The notes: generated by a model not told the origin, from the sequence alone. 64,000 nt of DNA from Acidimicrobiales bacterium (GCA_044220495.1 JBGAQY010000014.1:1165-65164); one strand, 5' to 3'. Positions 20,128 through 27,918 are shown, counted from the stretch's first letter. Program-made: numbers and translations.

Positions 20128-21186
20128 CTAGGCCAAAGTCGGATGCACCCGCTCGAAGGCCCGACGTGGCAGCGAGAAAATGAAGGTCGCCCCATGCTCG
20201 CCGTCAGAAGTCACGGTAAGCGTGCCGTTGTGCGCTTCGGCGAGACCTCGGCTGATCCAAAGTCCAAGGCCGGTTCCGCTCGGTCGTCCCTCGCGCGACT
20301 TGAAGAACTGCTGGAAGAGGCGGGCGGCGTCAGCCGGCGGAATACCCGGACCCTGGTCGGTAACGAAGACCTCAATTCGATCATCCTCGAAACGTCCGGT
20401 GATCGAGATGCCGGTCGGCGAAGCGTACTTGCACGCATTCTCAATCAGGTTCGTAAGCACTTGTTCGACTTTGTCGGGGTCGGCCCAAACGTTCGGAAAG
20501 TCAGACGCGAATCGAACGTCAGCTGACAATTCGGGATACGACATCTTCACTTTCACGACGGTCTGCGCAGCAAGGATCGGAATGTCGATCTCTTGGCGGT
20601 TCAACTGCACGCGACCGCTCTCGATGCGACTGATGTCGAGCAACTCGCCGATCAAGCGACTGATGCGACGCGCGTCGTGATCAATTTGGCCAAGCATCAG
20701 CTTGCGATCTTCGTCGGCGACGGAATCCCAACGCTTTAACAGCAGACTGGTGTAGCCGCGAATTGACGTAAGCGGCGAACGCAATTCGTGCGACACCGCC
20801 GACACAATGCGAACACCCGAGCGCGGGCGTCGCGCTCCCCTGTGTCGTGGGCGTAAAACAATGACAGCCCCGCGCAAGCCGCCATTTGGGTCGCGGTTGT
20901 AAGAACCTTCGACCAATACTTCGACTTCGCTGCCGTCGGCCCGACGCACCAACGCTTCTTGTTCGACGATGCGCTTTGCGCCCGAAAAATAGGCGCTTTT
21001 GTGCCAGTCGGTGGCGAGCAGATCTTCGCCCGAGAGTCGTCTTGGGCGCATTGCCTGGCCGATTGTCTGGCCGATGAGCGACGTGGAATCAACGTCGAGC
21101 AATTGTCCGGCACCAGGATTGGCGGCGACGACAACCCGATCAGCGTCGAGCTCAACTACAGCGAAAGGCAGGTGCTCAATGTCCAC
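20128..21186 (-). CDS. Sensor histidine kinase, PAS + HisKA + HATPase_c, no TM segment, no adjacent response regulator
   Basis: H-box SHELRSPLTSI, N-box LTNLIENACKY, G-boxes DQGPGI and GTGLGL. GTG 21186 was chosen. The track start at 21363 runs 188 nt into the upstream gene. Confidence 0.85.
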   Translation of the reverse strand: MDIEHLPFAVVELDADRVVVAANPGAGQLLDVDSTSLIGQTIGQAMRPRRLSGEDLLATDWHKSAYFSGAKRIVEQEALVRRADGSEVEVLVEGSYNRDPNGGLRGAVIVLRPRHRGARRPRSGVRIVSAVSHELRSPLTSIRGYTSLLLKRWDSVADEDRKLMLGQIDHDARRISRLIGELLDISRIESGRVQLNRQEIDIPILAAQTVVKVKMSYPELSADVRFASDFPNVWADPDKVEQVLTNLIENACKYASPTGISITGRFEDDRIEVFVTDQGPGIPPADAARLFQQFFKSREGRPSGTGLGLWISRGLAEAHNGTLTVTSDGEHGATFIFSLPRRAFERVHPTLA

Positions 21187-21976
21187 GACTGCTGACCTCG
21201 TTTTGACGCCGTTGACGCGCTGACTCAAAACAAATGATCGATGCCGCCATCGCAACGTTGAGCGATTCGGTACGCCCGACGATCGGAATGGCAATCGTTT
21301 GCTGCAACTGCGAAACAAGATCAGGCGCGAGCCCATTGGCTTCGTTGCCGAAAAAGAATGCAATTGGTTGTGTTAGATCAAGCGCGTCGTAGACAACGGC
21401 AGCATCGCCGGCCGTGCCAACGCTTTGAAACCCTGCCGAACCCAGCTCGTCGATCACGGTGGTTGATGTGCTACCCACCACAACCGGTAGGTGAAACACC
21501 GCCCCCATTGACGACCGCACGGTCTTTGGGTTGTAGACGTCGACCGACCCGTCGCAAAAAATGACTCCGCCCATGCCAGCGGCTTCGGCACTGCGCATGA
21601 CGGTGCCGGCGTTGCCAGGATCGCGTACATCGACCAAAACCACTACGGGTCGATCAGGGGTGAGATCAGCAATCTTTTGATCGACAAAGCCCACGACGGC
21701 AAGAACCGGTTGCGGAGTCGTTGCGTCGGCGACCCGCTCGAGCACGCCGTTTTCGAGATAGTGCACGCGAATGTTTCGTTCACGCACTGCTGCAAGTCGC
21801 GTTTCGTCGACTGCGGAACTTACGAACACCGATTCGATCTGAGCGCCCGATGACAGCGCTTCGTCAAGCAACTTGTAGCCCTCGACGACAAAGACTTGCT
21901 CGGCATCGCGCTGCGTACGCCGAGCTAACAAACGGCGCAGCCGTTGCACTTTCTGATGCCGATAGCCCAAGGTCAC
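21176..21976 (-). CDS. TrmH/SpoU-family RNA 2'-O-methyltransferase
   Basis: 266 aa. SpoU motifs (DPGNAGTVMRSAEA, FFFGNEANGL, IPIVGRTESLNVAMA). It sits in the usual position between rplT and pheS. Confidence 0.85.
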   Translation of the reverse strand: MTLGYRHQKVQRLRRLLARRTQRDAEQVFVVEGYKLLDEALSSGAQIESVFVSSAVDETRLAAVRERNIRVHYLENGVLERVADATTPQPVLAVVGFVDQKIADLTPDRPVVVLVDVRDPGNAGTVMRSAEAAGMGGVIFCDGSVDVYNPKTVRSSMGAVFHLPVVVGSTSTTVIDELGSAGFQSVGTAGDAAVVYDALDLTQPIAFFFGNEANGLAPDLVSQLQQTIAIPIVGRTESLNVAMAASIICFESARQRRQNEVSSRGH

Positions 21977-22014
21977 CGGTGGCGGGCTTGGGCTATCGGT
22001 CGAACCCTTTGGGC

Positions 22015-22434
22015 TCAGGACTTTGCTGCCCCTGAGGCCGCTGCTGCCTTTCGCGGTGTGTCACCAACGGCGACCGGTGAAGATGCCGCAGCGCGTGCAA
22101 CTTCGACAAGTTGAGCGAACGTTGCTGGGTCTGAAACGGCGAGCTCGGCGAGGATCTTGCGATCGACTTCGATTCCGGCGTTGTTAAGGCCATTGATGAA
22201 ACGGCTGTAGCTCAAACCGTTCTCGCGGCAACCTGCGTTGATGCGTTGAATCCAAAGTTGACGGAAGTCTCCTTTGCGGGCACGGCGGTCGCGGTATGCA
22301 TATCGCATCGCGTGCATAACTGCTTCATTGGCGGACTTGAAACTACGGCTCTTGTTGCCGTAATAGCCCTTGGCTTCTTCGAGAATGGCTCTGTGATGCT
22401 TGCGTCCGTGCACAGCGCGCTTGACTCTTGCCAT
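22015..22434 (-). CDS. rplT: 50S ribosomal protein L20 (with Ala-rich C-terminal tail)
   Basis: Begins [26 protein letters not shown]. Confidence 0.96.
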   Translation of the reverse strand: MARVKRAVHGRKHHRAILEEAKGYYGNKSRSFKSANEAVMHAMRYAYRDRRARKGDFRQLWIQRINAGCRENGLSYSRFINGLNNAGIEVDRKILAELAVSDPATFAQLVEVARAAASSPVAVGDTPRKAAAASGAAKS

Positions 22435-22517
22435 TGAACGCTCCTTTCGGGTCGAGGGGTGGGGGCGGCACTAACGGTGCCTACGTGTAGAAGTGCGAGG
22501 TTGATTTGACGCTGACG

Positions 22518-22715
22518 TCAGGCGCGACCGAGAAGTCGCTTGATACGAGATGCGTCAGCCGAGGCCACCTCGACCTCTCCAGCAAGACGACGCTTGCGAC
22601 GACTCGACTTGTGTTCGAGAAGGTGCGCCTTCATTTGCTGCTCGCGCAAGATCTTGCCTTTGCCTGAGATCTTGTAACGCTTCTTAGCGCCGCTGTGGGT
22701 TTTCATCTTGGGCAT
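22518..22715 (-). CDS. rpmI: 50S ribosomal protein L35
   Basis: Begins [21 protein letters not shown]. Confidence 0.96.
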   Translation of the reverse strand: MPKMKTHSGAKKRYKISGKGKILREQQMKAHLLEHKSSRRKRRLAGEVEVASADASRIKRLLGRA

Positions 22716-22718
22716 TAC

Positions 22719-23492
22719 TTAGCTCTCCTGTGCTGGGCCGCGAGAGCTTGCGCTCGACGCCGGTCGCTTCGCTGTTGATGTTGCTTTGTCGGCCACTGGT
22801 TTGGCAGGTGCGTCGGCAGCTGTAGGCGCTGCTTCGGCGGTTGTCGCAGCGGGCGCCTCAGCAGTTGTCTCATCTGCTGGAGTTGGCGCTGTCTCTGCTG
22901 TCGGTGCTGTCGGTGCGGTGGACGTCGCCCCATCAGCACTGCTTCCGTCGTGAGTTGCTGCCTGTGCCTTCTTGTCGGGCGCCAACACCATGATCATGTT
23001 GCGACCATCGACTCGTGGTTCGAACTCGACCTTGCCGACGCCACTCACCTCTTCGGCCACGCGATCCAAAATGCGTTTACCGAACTGAGGCCTATCCATC
23101 TCGCGACCACGGAACATGATCGTGAGCTTCACTTTGTGGCCTTCGGAAAGGAACTTTGCGACTTTCTTCGTCTTCGTCTCAAAATCTCCCGGGCCGATCT
23201 TCACCCGGTACTTCATTTCTTTGACGCTGACGTTCTGAGCTTTGCGGCGAGCCTCACGAGCCTTTTGCGCGGCATCAAACTTGAACTTTCCGTAGTCCAT
23301 GATTCGACAAACCGGCGGAGACGCCATGGGCGCTACCTCGACAAGATCAAGATCTTGTTCGCGGGCAATATTCAGAGCCTCGGGCAGCGGCTTGATACCA
23401 AGCTGCTCACCTTCGGAAGACACGAGACGAACCTCACGCGCCCGGATCTTTTCGTTGATCCTTGGCTCGTTATTGGTCGGGGCACTCGATAT
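22719..23492 (-). CDS. infC: Translation initiation factor IF-3 (non-canonical ATA start)
   Basis: The track ORF begins at an internal GTG (23423). The conserved N-terminus ISSAPTNNEPRINEKIRAREVRL is encoded upstream in frame. The only start-like codon after the in-frame TGA (23499-23501) is ATA at 23492, with GAGGAG 9 nt upstream. Confidence 0.9.
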   Translation of the reverse strand: MSSAPTNNEPRINEKIRAREVRLVSSEGEQLGIKPLPEALNIAREQDLDLVEVAPMASPPVCRIMDYGKFKFDAAQKAREARRKAQNVSVKEMKYRVKIGPGDFETKTKKVAKFLSEGHKVKLTIMFRGREMDRPQFGKRILDRVAEEVSGVGKVEFEPRVDGRNMIMVLAPDKKAQAATHDGSSADGATSTAPTAPTAETAPTPADETTAEAPAATTAEAAPTAADAPAKPVADKATSTAKRPASSASSRGPAQES

Positions 23493-23766
23493 GCGGCATC
23501 ACTCCTCATTTGAAGGCAACGTTGTTGCCAGATGGAAGGGAGGTGTTTGCACGTGGGCCTCGGGCCGAATGCGGACACCACAAGGAGCGGTGAACGACCT
23601 CGTGGGTATACGAGGTAGATACAGAAACCCGAACGCAGCATCGATCGCGCAATGGATTCGACCTGGTCGGGTGAGGACCGCTGCCCTGCTTTTCCCGTTT
23701 ATTTAGTGGCTTGTATTGCTAGTCGGCTGTTCGGAGACCGAAACAACTCGTCGTAGAGTACACGCT

Positions 23767-24315
23767 ATGAGTTCGATCTGGACCCCAGACGGCGAGCAAC
23801 CCGTGGGTAATCCCGCTGGTCAAGGCAGTGCCACCGACACTGGGGAGTTTCACGAGTCCACAAACGCCGAAGCCCTCACCCCACGAGGTGAAGGCCTCGG
23901 CCAAGGCGGCGGCCCGGCACCACACGGTCAAGGCGCCGGCGCTCAAGGCGTAGGTCCGACAGCCCAGGGCGAAGGCGGCGGCCCTCTAGGCGAAAGTGCC
24001 GGCCCGCAAATGGGCGGTGAGCCAACACCCGAGCAGGCCGAGATCGACCAACTGCGTCGCCAGCTTGCCGACGCACCAGCCGAGATCGTGGTTGCCAACC
24101 ACTGTTTCGGGCTCTTCGAGCTGGCTGCCCTCCACCTTTCCGAGGCTCCACCAAAGCTCGGAGAGGCTCAGCTCGCCATCGACGCCCTCGGTGCGTTGGT
24201 CGAGAACCTCACCGGCCGCCTCGGCGAAGCCGAGCCCCAGCTGCGTGACGGCCTCAACCAACTCCGCCTCGCCTTCGTCCAAATCCGCGCCGCAACCTCC
24301 CAAGACGAGACCTAA
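23767..24315 (+). CDS. DUF1844-like protein (Gly-rich N-terminus, conserved helical C-terminus)
   Basis: The C-terminal ANHCFGLFELAALHL...LAIDALGALVE resembles the DUF1844 proteins found next to infC in actinobacteria (assignment from memory). ATG 23767 is preferred over the track start at 23716. Confidence 0.55.
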   Translation: MSSIWTPDGEQPVGNPAGQGSATDTGEFHESTNAEALTPRGEGLGQGGGPAPHGQGAGAQGVGPTAQGEGGGPLGESAGPQMGGEPTPEQAEIDQLRRQLADAPAEIVVANHCFGLFELAALHLSEAPPKLGEAQLAIDALGALVENLTGRLGEAEPQLRDGLNQLRLAFVQIRAATSQDET

Positions 24316-24412
24316 CCACCCCGCTCGACCCACACTCCGCCCGACCCGCCCCGCTCGGCCCACCCCGGCGAGCGCGCCTTGTCCCGGCCGCACCCCGCTT
24401 TGACGCTTTCAA

Positions 24413-24470
24413 CTACGCGATAAAGCCAAAAGAGCGGTGTTCTCCGGGCTCTTTTGGCTTTATCGCGTAG
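24413..24470. repeat. 58-bp palindromic element, copy B (perfect 23-bp arms)
   Basis: Sequence: ctacgcgataaagccaaaagagc-ggtgttctccgg-gctcttttggctttatcgcgtag. Arms 24413-24435 and 24448-24470 are exact reverse complements. Confidence 0.9.
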
Positions 24471-24584
24471 GTGAATGAAGCCTGCAAACACAATGTAGGT
24501 TGGTAAGCGCTTCCCCTCGCACCCAGACGGGTGCTTCTCGGCCGAGTGCGGCCTGACTGTTGCCGCACGAGAAAGACCGAGACA

Positions 24585-25493
24585 ATGCGACGTCCCTTTA
24601 CTCGCTCCGATTTGAGGAACCGAGGCATAACCGAAGCAATGCTGCGACAGGGCTTGCGCACAGGCGAGTGGCATCGAGTCGCACACAACGTGTTCGTGGA
24701 AGGCAGCGAGCCGCCAACGGTGCTCGACCGTGCACTTGGCCTCGTAGTAGTTACCAACGGAGCTGCTAGCCACTCGCTCGCCGGCGTGCTTCACAATCTC
24801 GACGGCGTTGGGCTGAAGCCGCCGTTTGTGACGGTGGAGGCATCGTCGCGATCAAGCCGACACGAACTCCACAGGCGCGACCTCGCGCATGACCTTATCG
24901 TCGAGGTTTCTGGATTCCCGTGTACTAACGGTCTCCGCACGATGCTCGACTTGGCTCAGGTTCTCGACGATGTCTCTTGGGAGCAGGCGCTCGAATCAGC
25001 GCTTCGACAGCGACTGACAACAGTGGCCGAGCTCGAGACAGTCTTACCTGCGCTCGCCGCTTCGAAAACCCCCGGCATCCAAAGGGTTCGCCGCGTGCTG
25101 CGGAAGCGGTGCGCCAACGCTCCACCGACCGAAAGCTTGCTTGAAACTCTCACGGTTCAGCTGATTCGCAGTGAGACTCGCTTGCCTGAACCGGTTCGCC
25201 AAGTGGAGATCTTCAGCCAGCACGACGCTTTCATCGCACGAGTCGACCTGGCCTGGCCCGACGATGGTGTGTTCATCGAGCTTGACGGCCAGCATCACAA
25301 AGACCAGCCCGTCTATGACTCAACACGAGAGACAGCGATCGTCGCCGCAACCAGCTGGCTGCCCGGCCGCTTCACGTGGACCGAAGTCGTCAATTATCCC
25401 AACGCCACGCGACGTCGCCTCGTCGATTTGCTCGACGCGGCTCGCTTCCGTCGCCCACTTTCACCTACGCGATCTGGTCAAAAGTCGGCCTGA
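24585..25493 (+). CDS. AbiEi-N-like wHTH / DUF559 (Vsr-like PD-(D/E)xK endonuclease fold) domain protein
   Basis: N-terminal FTRSDLRNRGITEAMLRQGLRTGEWHRVAHNVF is typical of AbiEi_4-like domains. C-terminal PTESLLETL...PEPVRQVEI......RVDLAWPDDGVFIELDGQHH is typical of DUF559. ATG 24585 is preferred. The last ~10 codons and the stop lie inside repeat copy C. Confidence 0.7.
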   Translation: MRRPFTRSDLRNRGITEAMLRQGLRTGEWHRVAHNVFVEGSEPPTVLDRALGLVVVTNGAASHSLAGVLHNLDGVGLKPPFVTVEASSRSSRHELHRRDLAHDLIVEVSGFPCTNGLRTMLDLAQVLDDVSWEQALESALRQRLTTVAELETVLPALAASKTPGIQRVRRVLRKRCANAPPTESLLETLTVQLIRSETRLPEPVRQVEIFSQHDAFIARVDLAWPDDGVFIELDGQHHKDQPVYDSTRETAIVAATSWLPGRFTWTEVVNYPNATRRRLVDLLDAARFRRPLSPTRSGQKSA

Positions 25494-25522
25494 TCCGCCC
25501 CAATTTTGGCCTTATCGCGTAG
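25465..25522. repeat. 58-bp palindromic element, copy C
   Basis: Sequence: ctacgcgatctggtcaaaagtcggcctgatccgccccaattttggccttatcgcgtag. The right arm matches the copy B right arm at 18/19 positions. The left flank ctttcac is identical to copy A. Confidence 0.85.
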
Positions 25523-25605
25523 TTCAAAGGACCCGGGGCGCACGCGGTGGCGGGCACTGGTGGGGTGAGTGGACGCCGGCGCACGCGGGGCGCACGCACG
25601 CGGGG

Positions 25606-25845
25606 TTAGGTGGGTGTGACGGGGGTGACGGAGTACGCCTCTTCAGTATGTTTGTGGCGCTGGACGACATCGAAGGTGACTGCCGTGCCAACTTCGATCG
25701 TGCGCGATCCGCCGGATATTTGCGTGCAGTGAAAGACATACGACGCGCCGGATTCGTTGGCGACTTTTCCGAGACCAACGTGTTCGTCGAACTCAACAAC
25801 GGTTCCGCTCTCGCCCGCCGATATCAAAGCATTGATTTCGATCAC
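25606..25845 (-). CDS. Cold-shock-domain-like small OB-fold protein
   Basis: 79 aa. GTVVEFDEHVGLGKV...YVFHCTQI...GSRTIEVGTAVTFDV follows the CSD strand pattern but lacks the canonical RNP aromatic residues. GTGA overlap with the hisG stop. Confidence 0.55.
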   Translation of the reverse strand: MIEINALISAGESGTVVEFDEHVGLGKVANESGASYVFHCTQISGGSRTIEVGTAVTFDVVQRHKHTEEAYSVTPVTPT

Positions 25846-26735
25846 GGAACCAGCTTGCGCAACGGCAGCTCCAACAAGTCAGTTGCGCCCGCATCTTTGA
25901 GCGCAGGAATCAACACGTTGATATCTGAAGTTGCGACAACCGTTTCGAGTGCGTAGCCGTCGTCGCCCCACAACTTGGCAACGGTCGGAGATTTCATGGC
26001 GGGCAACAAGTCGATCACTGCCTGCAGGTTGTCAGACGGAACGTTTAGCTTTACGAGCACTTGATTACGCGCCGACAACGCACCTTGCAACAGCGTGTAG
26101 ATCTGCTCCATTGCGTGGCGCTTTTGCGGATCGTTATACGCAGCCTTGCTTGCGATCAGTTCTGTCTTGGAAACCAGCACGGTGTCGAGGATCCGCAAGC
26201 CGGCCGCTCGTAATGCACGTCCTGTCTCAGTGATGTCGACAATTGCGTCGGCGATCTCGGGCACCTTTGCTTCGGTGGCGCCGTATGACAACCTCACGTC
26301 GGCGTCGATGCCGTTGCGTTCGAAGAATCGCTTGGTCAAGCCTGGGAATTCGGTTGACACTCGCACGCCCTGCGGCAGATCAGCGACACTTGTTGCCGAC
26401 GAGTCAGCAGCAACAGCCAAGATCACTTGTACCGGGTTAGCTGTGTTCTTTGAGTACTCGAGTTCGCCGATCGACACGACATCGCACTGGTTCTCTTCGA
26501 TCCAGTCGCGCCCCGTGATGCCGAAGTCAAACATCTCTTCGGCAACGTAGATCGGGATCTCTTGTGGTCGCAGAATGCGTACATCACCAATACGAGGGTC
26601 GTTGATAACAGCTCGATAGTCGACGTTTGAGTTGCGCTTCACACTCAAGTCAGCTGCGTCGAACAATTCGAGCGTTGCGTTTTCGAGCGAGCCTTTCGGC
26701 AACACGAGTCGCAATTCAGGATATGCACTAGCCAT
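25842..26735 (-). CDS. hisG: ATP phosphoribosyltransferase, long form
   Basis: LRLVLPKGSLE, the DITETGRALRAAGL motif, and the C-terminal regulatory domain. ATG 26735 was chosen (297 aa). The track start at 26852 would overlap the upstream gene. Confidence 0.9.
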   Translation of the reverse strand: MASAYPELRLVLPKGSLENATLELFDAADLSVKRNSNVDYRAVINDPRIGDVRILRPQEIPIYVAEEMFDFGITGRDWIEENQCDVVSIGELEYSKNTANPVQVILAVAADSSATSVADLPQGVRVSTEFPGLTKRFFERNGIDADVRLSYGATEAKVPEIADAIVDITETGRALRAAGLRILDTVLVSKTELIASKAAYNDPQKRHAMEQIYTLLQGALSARNQVLVKLNVPSDNLQAVIDLLPAMKSPTVAKLWGDDGYALETVVATSDINVLIPALKDAGATDLLELPLRKLVP

Positions 26736-26784
26736 GGGCGCCGAGCCTAGTAAGTCGCGACGCCCATGGCTGTGGTCACAGCGA

Positions 26785-27918
26785 CTACTTCTCTTGATTG
26801 CTAGATGTGTCGGGCTCGCTCCAAATTGGGTCGACGCCTTTGTAAGCCGCATTGATGAAACGGTCGTCGTAGAGACTCGTCAACTCAGGCAATGTATCGA
26901 TCGCCTTCAACTCATCGACCAACGGCTGCAACTGCTTGCTCCATTCATCGTCACCCAAGAAACCGATCGGCTTGGTTGCCGGTGTGCTCGAACGTACGAG
27001 TTCGCGTTCGGCGTTCCATCGAAAAGTTTCGGTGTCGGCGCTCATTGGGGCTTCAGCAGTTGCACGCTTGACGGCGTAGCTCACAGCCTCGTTCGGATGA
27101 TCAGCCGCATATCGATAACCAGCAAGGTCTGCACGCAAGAAGTCGGTCACTGCGTCGGGATGCTTCTTGATTAGATCTGCGTTGGCGACGAGCACACCAA
27201 ATGACGACGGCACTTGTTGTACGTCGGGGTTGAACGTGCGGAAGTCAATACCTGCCTTCTGCAACTGGAATGGCTCGTTTGACTTGTAGACCGGGCGCGA
27301 CGCAATGCCGTTCTTACCGAGGATCGTTGGGTCATAAGACACTTGCACTTGTTTGAATGAATCTTCCTTCACGCCGGCACGCGCCAACATCAATCGCACG
27401 CTGTATGGAAGTGTTCCGATAACACCCATGGTCGTGCCCTTGAGGTCGGCAAGACTCTTGATATTCGAGTCGCCAGCGACGGCCAGTTCTTCGATCGAGC
27501 CGTGGCCGTAAGTCGCAATGGCTCGGAGGTTGGCGCCTTTTGAAACGGCGACGGCAACTTCGCTTGCTGAGCCGAGCGAAGTAAGGCCAACGCGTCCTGA
27601 CGAAACAGCAGGAACGTTGTCGTTTGTGAACCCTGGCTGCAGCTTTACATCTAGACACACCGCATCGAAGTATCCGCGCTCTTCAGCAGTTACGACATCA
27701 ATGATTGATGCAGCGGCGGAATATCCGTAGCCGGTGAGAAACGTGATCTCGCCGACCGCCTTGTTCGCCGCACAACGCGTTGCGTTCATCGATCTTGGCG
27801 CCGGCGTTAGACCGTTTGCACTCTCGTCTTTCTTGTCGTCGCCGCAGGCCGCCAGCGAGCCTGTCGAGAGCGCAAGCGCAAGCGCGGCTACGGCGAACTT
27901 CTTCGTACTCAATTTCAT
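26785..27918 (-). CDS. ABC transporter substrate-binding lipoprotein, NMT1/THI5-like (SsuA/ThiY/RibY family)
   Basis: Signal peptide with lipobox LAAC. About 350 aa of type-2 periplasmic-binding-protein fold. Last gene of the riboswitch-led operon. Confidence 0.85.
   Translation of the reverse strand: MKLSTKKFAVAALALALSTGSLAACGDDKKDESANGLTPAPRSMNATRCAANKAVGEITFLTGYGYSAAASIIDVVTAEERGYFDAVCLDVKLQPGFTNDNVPAVSSGRVGLTSLGSASEVAVAVSKGANLRAIATYGHGSIEELAVAGDSNIKSLADLKGTTMGVIGTLPYSVRLMLARAGVKEDSFKQVQVSYDPTILGKNGIASRPVYKSNEPFQLQKAGIDFRTFNPDVQQVPSSFGVLVANADLIKKHPDAVTDFLRADLAGYRYAADHPNEAVSYAVKRATAEAPMSADTETFRWNAERELVRSSTPATKPIGFLGDDEWSKQLQPLVDELKAIDTLPELTSLYDDRFINAAYKGVDPIWSEPDTSSNQEK

Noticed and set aside
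23523-23537. ggcaac-gtt-gttgcc hairpin just upstream of the infC SD, considered as an L20-leader-like regulatory structure
   Set aside because: It is too short to assign. I could not trace the pseudoknot or 23S-mimic features of known L20 leaders by eye.
23986-24794. Minus-strand ORFs 23986-24393, 24312-24794 and 24413-24757
   Set aside because: They lie antisense to the DUF1844-like gene, or read through the C-rich tract and element copy B. Their composition is driven by the G-rich complement.
10816-25522. Possibility that the four 58-bp repeats form a CRISPR array
   Set aside because: The copies are 1-10 kb apart and separated by genes. They are internally palindromic over their whole length and are not regularly spaced. 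No cas genes are present.
25171-25956. 261-aa + strand ORF spanning the end of the DUF559 gene, repeat copy C, the G-rich tract and the antisense of the CSD-like gene and hisG
   Set aside because: It is out of frame with the DUF559 domain, crosses a repeat and two better-supported genes, and has low-complexity Gly/Arg content.
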